DNA from: Patescibacteria group bacterium
Lineage (GTDB): Bacteria; Patescibacteriota; Patescibacteriia; S139-126; S139-133
Assembly: GCA_049604715.1 (NCBI GenBank)
Contig: JBMYTV010000001.1
Location: 91,610 to 155,609 of the forward strand
DNA length: 64,000 nucleotides
Direction: 5' to 3'
The notes under the pieces were generated by a model, which worked only from the letters and a program-made list of their open reading frames with translations, had not been told where the DNA came from and did not search any database. Below are positions 17,706-26,831 of the stretch, piece by piece. Numbering within the stretch: position 1 is the stretch's first letter; every line of letters begins with the position of its first letter. Made by a program: the position numbers and the translations under genes.

Positions 17706-18947
17706 TTATGTGTAGAGCGGGAAGCGACTTGTTAGTTCAATTACTTTTTGTCTTATTGAGGCAAGTCTGTCTTGATCAGTGTGATGTGTCAGTGCTTCGT
17801 TGATATATTCAGCAATAAGTTTCATTTCAGGTTCTTTCATACCTCGTGTAGTAACTGCTGGCGTTCCAAGTCTGATACCTGATGGATCAAGCGGCTTTCG
17901 GGGATCATCTGGTATCATGTTCATGTTGAGGGTGATGTAAGCTTGATCAAGCGCTTCCTGGGCTTGTTTGCCAGTTATACCAAGCGGAGCAACATCTATA
18001 AGCAGCAAATGGTTGTCTGTTTGGCCAAAACATATGGTCATTCCATAGTCTTTTAGTTCTTGCTCAAGGATTTTTGCGTTACTCAAAATTTGCTTTGCAT
18101 ATGTTTCAAATCCAGGCTCAAGAGCTTCTTTAAATGCAATTGCCTTAGCAGCAATATTATTTTCGTGTGGCCCGCCTTGTAGGCCAGGAAAAACTGCTTT
18201 GTCTATTGCTTTTGCATGTTCTTTTTTGCACATGATCATACCACCACGCGGCCCACGGAGTGTTTTGTGTGTTGTGGTACTCACCACATCAAAAAGCGGC
18301 ACAGGACTACTCATAACACCAGCTGCAATCAGTCCAGCAATATGAGCAATATCTGCCATAGTAAGCGCACCCACTTCATCGGCGATGTGTTTTATTTTTT
18401 CATAGTCAATTTCACGTGAATATGCTGAGTATCCAACCAAGATCATTTGAGGCTTGTGCTCGCGTGCCATGCTTGCAAGATTGTCATAGTCAATAAGGCC
18501 AGTCGTGGAATCAGTTGTGTATCTTACAAAGTTGTATATATGTGACATAAATGTAACTGGATGACCATGAGTCAGATGTCCGCCGTGTCCTAAGTCCATA
18601 CCAAGTACGGTGTCTCCTGGTTTGAGCAGTGCCGAGTATACTGCAATATTTGCTGGCGCACCTGACAGAGGTTGGACATTAACGTGCTCAGCATCAAAGA
18701 GTTGTTTTGCTCGTTCAATCGCCAGTTGTTCTAGAATATCTATGTGTTGATTGCCGCCATAGTAGCGTTTGCCAGGGTATCCTTCTGAGTATTTATTTGT
18801 TGCAACTGAACCAAGTGCTTCAAGTACAGCAGAGGAAACATAATTCTCTGATGGAATAAGCTCAAGACCTTCTTGCTGACGCTTTTTTTCTTTTTCTAGC
18901 GCATCATAGATGTCTGGATCGTATTGGTTTAGAGGTTGTGTGTTCAT
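17706..18947 (-). CDS. glyA: serine hydroxymethyltransferase
   Basis: 413 aa. LIPSENYVS...TTTHKTLRGPRGG PLP-lysine region. Confidence 0.95.
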   Translation of the reverse strand: MNTQPLNQYDPDIYDALEKEKKRQQEGLELIPSENYVSSAVLEALGSVATNKYSEGYPGKRYYGGNQHIDILEQLAIERAKQLFDAEHVNVQPLSGAPANIAVYSALLKPGDTVLGMDLGHGGHLTHGHPVTFMSHIYNFVRYTTDSTTGLIDYDNLASMAREHKPQMILVGYSAYSREIDYEKIKHIADEVGALTMADIAHIAGLIAAGVMSSPVPLFDVVSTTTHKTLRGPRGGMIMCKKEHAKAIDKAVFPGLQGGPHENNIAAKAIAFKEALEPGFETYAKQILSNAKILEQELKDYGMTICFGQTDNHLLLIDVAPLGITGKQAQEALDQAYITLNMNMIPDDPRKPLDPSGIRLGTPAVTTRGMKEPEMKLIAEYINEALTHHTDQDRLASIRQKVIELTSRFPLYT

Positions 18948-18988
18948 TGATTTTTGTTATATGCTATTTGTAGAATACACACTAATCA

Positions 18989-19753
18989 GTGCTTATGCAA
19001 TTGTTAGAAATTCCGTTTGATAATTCAGTTCTGCGAGCTCTCCATAGTCCTGCTGAAAGTGACTCAGCGGTTATTTTTATACATGGCTTAGAAGGTTCAA
19101 CTGTTTATACAAAGTTTCGGAGACTAGAAAGACAACTCCGGTCCCATATACATGTTGTTAGATTTGATTGCATTGGTCAGGGTATGAGTGACGGGGAGTT
19201 TGAACATTTTACCATCAAGTCTGGAGTTGATCAGATCTCTGCAATTATTGAACATATGAAATTTAAGTATGGGATTACTAAGTTCAGTTTTGCAGCACAT
19301 AGCCTTGGCGGTGTTATGGCAGTAGAGTACATGCATCTGTATGAACATATACAAAAGGCACTGCTTATTTCTCCAGCGCTTAACCAGCGAGGGTTGCTGC
19401 GATATTTGTTTGCAAAGCGATTGCACCCAAATAAGCATATTGAGTGGAATAATTACCAAGAGTTTGCGCCAGAAAAGTTATTTTTACTTGCTACAAATAG
19501 AAAAGTGCCGGTTAGCTTTGGTTTTTTGGATAAGAAATTTTTTAAGGAGAATAGAAACATTGATTATAACAAGCGAGCGATTGCCTTTAGGGATAAGTTG
19601 TTTCTTGTTCATGGCACTCATGATGATACGGTTCCTATTCAGAGCAACAGCATAAAGCCGAATATAATTGTGTCTGATGGTGACCATCACTTAGAGCGTC
19701 CAAAGATGATTCGTCAGTGGCTAAAACAGGGAGTGAAGTTTCTGTTGGGTTAG
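18989..19753 (+). CDS. alpha/beta-fold hydrolase
   Basis: Nucleophile elbow AHSLGG. HG oxyanion motif FIHGLEG. C-terminal His. Confidence 0.7.
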   Translation: MLMQLLEIPFDNSVLRALHSPAESDSAVIFIHGLEGSTVYTKFRRLERQLRSHIHVVRFDCIGQGMSDGEFEHFTIKSGVDQISAIIEHMKFKYGITKFSFAAHSLGGVMAVEYMHLYEHIQKALLISPALNQRGLLRYLFAKRLHPNKHIEWNNYQEFAPEKLFLLATNRKVPVSFGFLDKKFFKENRNIDYNKRAIAFRDKLFLVHGTHDDTVPIQSNSIKPNIIVSDGDHHLERPKMIRQWLKQGVKFLLG

Positions 19754-19754
19754 G

Positions 19755-20153
19755 TTATATAGAAGCGAGAACAGGCGCAATGTTTGGTGCGCAGTTATCA
19801 GGTAAGTTATGTATAGGAATCCAGTCCCAGTCATCGATATCATCGCCAGGATTAATGTCGCCAATACGCTTAGCTAAAAAGTGTATGAGAATAACATACT
19901 CATCTTTATGATTTGGCCGCGGTGTTATGAGCGGCTTTAGCGGTTTGATAATTTTTATATCAATACTCATCTCTTCTCGAACTTTACGTTTGGCTGTTTC
20001 CTCAAGGGCTGTATTCCAGTCATCAAATTTAAAGTTTTCAAGCTGACCACCAGGGAACTTCCACATTTTTTTGTCGCCATGTTGAACGAGTAATACTTTG
20101 TCATCTTCTATAATAATCGGACCTGAAGCTATAATAATTTGTTTTGCCATCAA
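19755..20153 (-). CDS. NUDIX hydrolase
   Basis: Nudix box GGQLE-x7-ALEETAKRKVREEMSI. 132 aa. Confidence 0.8.
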   Translation of the reverse strand: MMAKQIIIASGPIIIEDDKVLLVQHGDKKMWKFPGGQLENFKFDDWNTALEETAKRKVREEMSIDIKIIKPLKPLITPRPNHKDEYVILIHFLAKRIGDINPGDDIDDWDWIPIHNLPDNCAPNIAPVLASI

Positions 20154-20199
20154 TTTATTTTAATACTCTAAACTTAATATATCGAATATTTGGAGGATA

Positions 20200-21834
20200 T
20201 TATAGGTCTTTTGTCATATACGTTCCTTCAAGTTCGTAGCCAAGGCGGTCTTTATAGTATTGACGCACTCCAATTCCTGAGATAACAGCCATTTTTGTAA
20301 GGCCGTGCTTTTTAGCAATGTCTTCAGCATGCCTCATGAGCTTACTACCAAGTCCTTTGTGTTGGACTCGTTTGTTTTCCTTGTCATCATGTCTAACAAC
20401 CTGTCCGTATACATGTAGTTCGCGAGTTAGTGCAGCACCTTCTAGTTCTGGAAATAGAACTTTTGTTTTTGGATCATTGAGTCTTACGCGAACAAATCCA
20501 TAGAGTATAGTACGGTCAGTATTTTCATATGATACAAAAAATTCTTTTCCTCCGGCGGCCTCAAATTCGTCAATATAAAGTTGAATATCATTGTGTGTTT
20601 CGATTTTGCGTGCTTCGCGACAACGAATACAATGACAGCGCATGCCGCGTTTTTTCATTTCTTTTTCAAGCATTTCTCTTAAATTGGTGATTTTGTTACC
20701 AGCTTGTATGCTTGTTTCTGGGAAGTCGCGGATAACTCGGTTAATGCGACAGTAGTAGGGAACTATTTGCTTGAGATCGATAAGTAGCTCAAATAGTTTG
20801 TCATGACCATACGGTTTATACACACCACTTTTCCACCAGTGGTAGAGTGGTGCAAATTTGTTAACAATTGTTGGATATATTTTTACTTGGTCTGGCTTAA
20901 ATCCAGGATCATCAAAAATTCGGTGTAGTGTATCATGGTCAATCTCTGGAGTTGCGCCAGGGAGATTTTGCATAATGTGATGGTCTATCTTAAAACCGTT
21001 TTGGCGAAGTAGCGATGTTGCTCGGATTGAGTCCTCAACAGTATGTCCTCGTTCTATTTTTTCTAAAATTGCATCATCAAGAACTTGAATACCAAGTTGT
21101 ACGCGTGTACATCCAAGTTTACGTAGGTGACGAATCTCGTTTTCGTCAACCCAGTCGGGCCTGGTTTCAAGAGTAATGCCAATTATTCGGTAATGCGCAG
21201 TCTCGTTAATTTTTTGTGCTTGTTGGAGTGTATATGAGCGAACTTTTTTGGGGATAGGTTTTTTTTCAAGTTTGAATTTAAAATAATTTGCTCCTTCAAA
21301 ACAACGCTTGATGAACCACTCACGGTAGTCCCTTGGATAGGCTGACCAGGTTCCACCAAGTACAAGAAGTTCAATTTTATCAGGCTCATGACCATTTATA
21401 TAAAGCGCGCGAAGACGGTTGTATACTTGCATGAAAGGATCAAACTTGTTGGCTTTGGCCCGCATTGCGCCAGGTTCATTGGAAAGGTAGCTTTTCGGCA
21501 TACCAGGTTCAAGTGGGCAGTAAATACATTTACCAGGACAGGCAAATGGTTTGGTGAGAACAGTTACTGGAGTTACACCAGAAAGCGTTCTAATGGGTCT
21601 AATTTTCAAGAATTTGTTTAGATGAACACTTGGGCTAATCTCTCCATTTTTGAGCATGGTTTGATATACTGTACGTAGATCATTTTTAGGCTGAGGGGGT
21701 AGATTATGTTTGGCAGCTATAGTACGATTTAAGCGCATAAACGCATCGTCATCTTGCGGTTTTGATGCGATTGTTTCTGATAATATTAAATGTAATACTT
21801 TTTCACGTTCCATATGTTGAAGCGAGTACAGCAA
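20200..21834 (-). CDS. elp3: Elp3-like tRNA uridine(34) modification enzyme (radical SAM plus GNAT acetyltransferase domains)
   Basis: N-terminal region aligns with eukaryotic/archaeal Elp3 (IRPIRTLSGVTPVTVLTKPFACPGKCIYCP radical-SAM Cys cluster). Central TIM-barrel region. C-terminal GNAT with acetyl-CoA motif QHKGLGSKLM. 544 aa (537 if the second Met is the start). Confidence 0.85.
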   Translation of the reverse strand: MLYSLQHMEREKVLHLILSETIASKPQDDDAFMRLNRTIAAKHNLPPQPKNDLRTVYQTMLKNGEISPSVHLNKFLKIRPIRTLSGVTPVTVLTKPFACPGKCIYCPLEPGMPKSYLSNEPGAMRAKANKFDPFMQVYNRLRALYINGHEPDKIELLVLGGTWSAYPRDYREWFIKRCFEGANYFKFKLEKKPIPKKVRSYTLQQAQKINETAHYRIIGITLETRPDWVDENEIRHLRKLGCTRVQLGIQVLDDAILEKIERGHTVEDSIRATSLLRQNGFKIDHHIMQNLPGATPEIDHDTLHRIFDDPGFKPDQVKIYPTIVNKFAPLYHWWKSGVYKPYGHDKLFELLIDLKQIVPYYCRINRVIRDFPETSIQAGNKITNLREMLEKEMKKRGMRCHCIRCREARKIETHNDIQLYIDEFEAAGGKEFFVSYENTDRTILYGFVRVRLNDPKTKVLFPELEGAALTRELHVYGQVVRHDDKENKRVQHKGLGSKLMRHAEDIAKKHGLTKMAVISGIGVRQYYKDRLGYELEGTYMTKDL

Positions 21835-22563
21835 AAGATTTTGAGAAAAACTAAAGAAAATTATGATATTGTAGCTGCTGATTATGCAGGTACACGCGAT
21901 CGTTCCTGGCCATCAGGGAAAAGCATTTTACCTGAATTGAAAGAAAAGCTGAAGGCTCAGGATAATATTTTAGACCTGGGTGCTGGAAGTGGCATTTTAG
22001 TTCAAGAATTGGCAGAATTTGGGATGCCACTTAACTATACAGGATATGATGTTTCAGAAAAGCTTGTAGCTATAGCTAAAAATAAATTTGGATCTAAGTA
22101 TAGCCAAATACAGTGCACGTGGCAAGTCGGAAGTGCACTCAAATTACCATTTGCAGACAACACATTTGATCACTGCGCTGCAGTGGCTGTTTTGCATCAT
22201 ATTCCTTCAGTAACTTTGCGGCGCGAGGTATTGAGGGAGATTTACCGTGTGTGTAAGCCAGGAGCGTTTGTGTATATAACAAACTGGTACTTGTGGACTT
22301 CTGTAGCGTTTAAAAAATACAATTTGTATAGACAACTACTGAGAATATTTGAAGGTTATGACATAGGTGATTTTTATATCCCATGGCGTGATAACAAAGG
22401 CAAAATAAAGGCGCGTCGTTATGTGCACTCATTTTGGTCATTTGAGGTAGATTTGTTATGTAGAACTACAGGGTTTTCAGTGCTCACACCCACTCATTTA
22501 GAGAAGGCGCCAGGACAAACCCTGGCTCAACGGATTGTGACAATTGCACAAAAACCAAATTGA
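21814..22563 (+). CDS. Trm9/ALKBH8-type tRNA methyltransferase (class I SAM-MTase)
   Basis: N-terminal AADYAGTRDRSWP resembles the Trm9 HFSxTRYKPWP block. Motif I LDLGAGSG. C-terminal RRYVHSFWSFEV resembles RYYHVF(R)EGE of Trm9/ALKBH8. Start may be the in-frame TTG at 21844. Confidence 0.65.
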   Translation: MLKRVQQKILRKTKENYDIVAADYAGTRDRSWPSGKSILPELKEKLKAQDNILDLGAGSGILVQELAEFGMPLNYTGYDVSEKLVAIAKNKFGSKYSQIQCTWQVGSALKLPFADNTFDHCAAVAVLHHIPSVTLRREVLREIYRVCKPGAFVYITNWYLWTSVAFKKYNLYRQLLRIFEGYDIGDFYIPWRDNKGKIKARRYVHSFWSFEVDLLCRTTGFSVLTPTHLEKAPGQTLAQRIVTIAQKPN

Positions 22564-22608
22564 AAATCTACATGATTAGTGGTAGATTGAGTATACTATT
22601 TTGTACAT

Positions 22609-23115
22609 ATGGGCTTTGATATTACTCCTCCGAAAAAAAGACGACCAGTAAAGCAGCCGCAGGCAAAACCTGCGTCTCGTCCTGCTGCGCCAAAGGCTAC
22701 CACACCACCAAAATCAAATACTCCAAAGAGACAAGCGCCAAAGCAAACAAAGCCTAAGCGCAAAAAGAAGGTTTTTGGAAAAGTTATATCTATGTTGATC
22801 ATTTTAGCCTTGGTCGCAGGAGTTGTGTATGCGTTTAGGGAAGGGTATATTGTGTTACCTGAAACAGCTGACAATACTATTACGGATACAGTAGATGACA
22901 ATACGATCGTAGCGACGTTTGGAGATGAGCCAGCAGAAGATGATTTGGAAGAGGAGGAGACAGAGGATGAGGGTGTGGATGTTATAAATGATCCACTCAT
23001 GAGTGCACACCTTGATTTTGTACAAATGGTTGAGTCTTTGCCAGAGGAGCCGCAGCTGGCTGGTTATGATTTACGTGAGGTTCAATTGTTAAATACATAT
23101 GTTAATGACTTTTAG
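22609..23115 (+). CDS. hypothetical membrane-anchored protein (Pro/Lys-rich N-terminus, one TM, acidic C-terminal region)
   Basis: 168 aa. PPKKRRPVKQPQAKPASRPAAPK...TM...EDDLEEEETEDEG. Confidence 0.5.
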   Translation: MGFDITPPKKRRPVKQPQAKPASRPAAPKATTPPKSNTPKRQAPKQTKPKRKKKVFGKVISMLIILALVAGVVYAFREGYIVLPETADNTITDTVDDNTIVATFGDEPAEDDLEEEETEDEGVDVINDPLMSAHLDFVQMVESLPEEPQLAGYDLREVQLLNTYVNDF

Positions 23116-23920
23116 ATCAGTTACAACTTTTTTTGTGTTACTCACTATGGTGTTTTCCATAGGGTATGTTGCAGTGGCACAAGAATTGGATAGTGATCCT
23201 GGTGATCTGCGAGAAGTATTTTTGGATGCTCGTGATACTTTTTTTGAAAGTCAGACCACTGCTAATCAGGAGATTTATATAGAACAAGCTCGTCAGTATG
23301 CGCTGGCAATAACTGAAGCTCAAGAAACATTTATCATAGCTACTGAGAAATCAATGTATGATAGTCTTCGTATTAAGGATACTGTTCCACAAAATTGGCT
23401 TGAACAGGAGAAAGTTGACATTGATACATTTCGAGTGAGCCTAGATGATGCAACCAACTATGCACGGATACAAGCGATTATGCGTGATAATGCCGAGTAT
23501 TGGCAAAGAGTACAAAACAAGATTCAGGAAATGCGAGCATGGTATGCGTTTGATCAATATGCAGTACTATTAACTAACTCGCGCCTTATCCGCGACGCGT
23601 TATTGTCAGCACAAATAGATGTTGAGCAGCAGCTACAGGTTACGGGAGTTGCTGATGTTGACTTTGATTCTTGGCGCAGTGTGTTTGATGCTTACTCTGA
23701 GAAGTTGGTTGTTCTTGAGGATGAACTAGATCAACAGCGCGGTGTATTTTCTGAAACCGACTATACCACACTTGATGAAGAGGATGCTGAATGGCAGAAG
23801 GACCTTGAATACCTAAGAACACTAAAAGTAGAGATGTTGGCACTTAGTCAATTACAAGAAGCTTCTATCAACCAATTTCTAGCAACAGTATCAGCTTATG
23901 TCGTTCCAGTAACAGAATAG
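23099..23920 (+). CDS. hypothetical secreted protein
   Basis: Signal peptide MLMTFRSVTTFFVLLTMVFSIGYVAVAQ. Helical/coiled-coil-like remainder. Overlaps the previous gene by 17 nt. Confidence 0.5.
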   Translation: MLMTFRSVTTFFVLLTMVFSIGYVAVAQELDSDPGDLREVFLDARDTFFESQTTANQEIYIEQARQYALAITEAQETFIIATEKSMYDSLRIKDTVPQNWLEQEKVDIDTFRVSLDDATNYARIQAIMRDNAEYWQRVQNKIQEMRAWYAFDQYAVLLTNSRLIRDALLSAQIDVEQQLQVTGVADVDFDSWRSVFDAYSEKLVVLEDELDQQRGVFSETDYTTLDEEDAEWQKDLEYLRTLKVEMLALSQLQEASINQFLATVSAYVVPVTE

Positions 23921-23921
23921 T

Positions 23922-25361
23922 ATGACCAAAGACAAGACAATTGTTGAATCATTTTCAGGGGTAAGAGGGGTTTTTGGTGAAGGAATTACAACTGAACTTG
24001 CACGCGCGTATGCGCGTGCTTTTGTTGATATTTTACTTGAGCGTAATGATTCAGTTATATTCGTTGTTGCATCTGATACAAGAGACTCATCAAAAGAACT
24101 GCGTAGTATATGGGTTGAAGAAGCGCAGAAAGCTGGCGCCCTAGTATATGATATAGGTGCTACTACTACACCGGTTGCATTTCACTATGTACGAGAAGTC
24201 AAAGCGCATGGCGGTGTGATGATAACTGCATCACATAACCCACCAGAGTATAATGGCTGGAAGTGCATTAGCGCTTTGGGTACTATGCTTGAGCCAGATG
24301 ATATGGATGAGTTGATTGATAAAGCGCACAGTAATAGCAACCCTAAAGGAAGTGGTAAGGGAGAAGTAAAAGAACATAAAGCAGTGGCTGTTGATGCGTA
24401 TATACAGTATCTGAAGTCGCACTTCTCTGAGCAAGAAGTTGAGATGATTAAATCTTTTTCAGGTAATGTTGTTCTAGATCCAAACGGAAGTGCTGTCTGG
24501 AGTGTTTTGCAAAAGGTGTGTGATAACTTTGGTATTGCACATCATGGTATAAGAACAAGAGAAGGTATATTTGAGAGGCTTATTGAGCCAAACAATGAAT
24601 CACTCCAAGACGTAGCTGAGATTGTATCGGAGCAAGGTGCTTTATTTGGCTGCGGGTTTGATTGTGATGCAGATCGGGTTGAGTTAGTGTTGCCTCACGA
24701 TTGTGAGCGAGCAAAAAGTTATGGCCCAGTTGTATCTGGACAGTACGTGCTAGCCCTTGGGGTTGATGCAGTATTATCATCAGCACAGGGTAAGGTGCCA
24801 AAGTCTCCACCAGTTGTAGTGAACTATGCAACATCTTCTTTGGTTCGTGATATCGCCAAGAAATATAAAACAGAAACAATTGAAGTGGATGTAGGTGAGA
24901 TTGTAGTCATTATGGCTATGCGTAAATATGGGTCACTTGTCGGAGGGGAAGGTAGTAGCAGTGGTATGATTGCAAAAGATGGGGTTTGTAGAGATGGTGT
25001 TTTAGTTTTTTTACTTACCATTTTGCTGTTATCCAGTAGAGGCAAGACTTTAGTTGAGCAACTAGATTCATATCCCCAGTACTATGATTTACGAAGCAAG
25101 GAGACTGTTGATCCAGATAAGATGTTGGCTATTCGAGAGGGTCTTTTGAGTTACTACGGTAAATTGGGGTATACTATTGTTACTAATGAAGATGATCCTA
25201 GCTCAGGGATAAAGATAAATATTGATAATCAGGCTTGGGTTTTTTATAGGGCTTCAAGAACTGAACCTGGTCAATATAGAATTATTGTAAATGGACCTGA
25301 TAAACAGCAGCTTGATATACTACTTGCTCAGGCTCAAGAGTTATTTAAATCATTAACGTAA
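23922..25361 (+). CDS. phosphoglucomutase/phosphomannomutase family protein (paralog 1)
   Basis: Active-site serine loop TASHNPPEYNGWK. Metal-binding GFDCDADR. 479 aa. Confidence 0.85.
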   Translation: MTKDKTIVESFSGVRGVFGEGITTELARAYARAFVDILLERNDSVIFVVASDTRDSSKELRSIWVEEAQKAGALVYDIGATTTPVAFHYVREVKAHGGVMITASHNPPEYNGWKCISALGTMLEPDDMDELIDKAHSNSNPKGSGKGEVKEHKAVAVDAYIQYLKSHFSEQEVEMIKSFSGNVVLDPNGSAVWSVLQKVCDNFGIAHHGIRTREGIFERLIEPNNESLQDVAEIVSEQGALFGCGFDCDADRVELVLPHDCERAKSYGPVVSGQYVLALGVDAVLSSAQGKVPKSPPVVVNYATSSLVRDIAKKYKTETIEVDVGEIVVIMAMRKYGSLVGGEGSSSGMIAKDGVCRDGVLVFLLTILLLSSRGKTLVEQLDSYPQYYDLRSKETVDPDKMLAIREGLLSYYGKLGYTIVTNEDDPSSGIKINIDNQAWVFYRASRTEPGQYRIIVNGPDKQQLDILLAQAQELFKSLT

Positions 25362-25368
25362 AGAATAT

Positions 25369-26805
25369 ATGCAGATTAATCCACTTGTGTATCGCGGATA
25401 TGACATCCGTGGCGTGGCAGGAGAAGATTTTACTCCAGAAAAAGTTGAGGCACTTGGCCGTGGTTTTGGTACTATGCTTCGCAAAAGAAAGATTCGTCAA
25501 ATGGTTTTGGGGTATGATGCTCGTTTAACAGGGCCCGAATACTCAGAAGCTTTTGCAAAAGGTGTTATATCAACAGGTGTTGATGTAATTGATATCGGCA
25601 TGGTCATGATTCAGACTATTTATTTTGCTCAGTATTATTTTCAAGTAAATGGAGCTGTGATGATTACTGCATCTCATAATCCAGCAAGTGATAACGGGTT
25701 CAAAATGGGCATGCGTTTTTCACAGACGATTGTAGAGGAGATTCAAGAGCTCAAAGATATTGTGGCAAGCGACGCTTACTGGGATAAGGACGACTTAGTC
25801 GGTACAATTAGAAAGGATGATGTAAATGAAGCTTACTACCAAGACATCATTAAGCGGAGTAACATTACCAAGAAGTTTAAGGTGGTTGTTGATACAGGTC
25901 ACGGAGTTGCGGGAAAATTCATACCTGAGCTTCTTGAGAAAGTAGGTTGTGAGGTTGTTGGGCAGATGCTTGAGCCAGATGGCTCATTCCCAGCAGGTAC
26001 ACCTGACCCAACTGATAATGAAATGATTAAACGTGTTCAAGAGCGTGTCAAAAAAGAAAACGCTGATCTTGGTTTTGCATTTGATGGTGACGGCGACAGA
26101 ATTGGTATAGTTGATGATCAGGGTGAGGTCATTTGGAATGATGAGTTGTTGGCTATTTTTGCGCGAGAAATTCTTACACGTTTTCCAGGAGCAAAGATCA
26201 TTTATAACACTCTTTGTTCACAAGCAGTAAAGAAAGTTATTGAACAGTACAAAGGAGAGCCAATTATGTGGCGGGTAGGGCACTCATACTTAAAGGAGAA
26301 ATTAGTTGCAGAAAAAGCCTTTTTCGCTGGTGAGCTTTCAGGGCACATGTTCTTTGCAGATAACTTTTATGGTCATGATGATGGTAGTTTTGTTGCATGT
26401 CGGTTACTCGACTTTTTGAGTGAAGTAGATAAGCCCCTGAGCGAGGTTAGAAAAGAGATGCCGCAGTATATCTCTTCACCTCAAATTAAGATTGGTTGTG
26501 ATGATAAAAAGAAGATAGAAGTAATAAAAAGATTAGCTCAAGAGTTTCGTGATGACTTCAAAGGCGCTGAAATTACTGACGATACAGTAATTCCAGGAGA
26601 TGACGGGGTAAGAGCTGACTTTGATGATGGTATGATAGTGCTTCGATATAGTCAAAATGGTCCTTATGTTACATTCAAATTTGAAGCTAGCAACGAAGAT
26701 GTATATGAAGAACGTCGTTTGTATTTAAAAGAAAAGCTACAGGCTGTAGAAGAGCTCGAGTGGGAGAGTAATCACAGTACAAATGCAGATTTTATTTTAA
26801 AATAA
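25369..26805 (+). CDS. phosphomannomutase/phosphoglucomutase (paralog 2)
   Basis: YDIRGVAGEDFT N-terminus. TASHNPASDNGFK. GFAFDGDGDR. 478 aa. Confidence 0.85.
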   Translation: MQINPLVYRGYDIRGVAGEDFTPEKVEALGRGFGTMLRKRKIRQMVLGYDARLTGPEYSEAFAKGVISTGVDVIDIGMVMIQTIYFAQYYFQVNGAVMITASHNPASDNGFKMGMRFSQTIVEEIQELKDIVASDAYWDKDDLVGTIRKDDVNEAYYQDIIKRSNITKKFKVVVDTGHGVAGKFIPELLEKVGCEVVGQMLEPDGSFPAGTPDPTDNEMIKRVQERVKKENADLGFAFDGDGDRIGIVDDQGEVIWNDELLAIFAREILTRFPGAKIIYNTLCSQAVKKVIEQYKGEPIMWRVGHSYLKEKLVAEKAFFAGELSGHMFFADNFYGHDDGSFVACRLLDFLSEVDKPLSEVRKEMPQYISSPQIKIGCDDKKKIEVIKRLAQEFRDDFKGAEITDDTVIPGDDGVRADFDDGMIVLRYSQNGPYVTFKFEASNEDVYEERRLYLKEKLQAVEELEWESNHSTNADFILK

Positions 26806-26831
26806 AGTATTTTTGTCATTAATACATACAT

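Noticed and set aside
20200-21834. Alternative call of the 544-aa protein as a HemN/coproporphyrinogen oxidase-like radical-SAM enzyme
   Set aside because: The protein has a C-terminal GNAT domain with acetyl-CoA motif and an Elp3-specific N-terminal region. HemN-like enzymes lack both.
22596-23000. 134-aa Ser-rich minus-strand ORF
   Set aside because: Antisense to the co-oriented membrane-anchored protein gene. Low complexity, no RBS.
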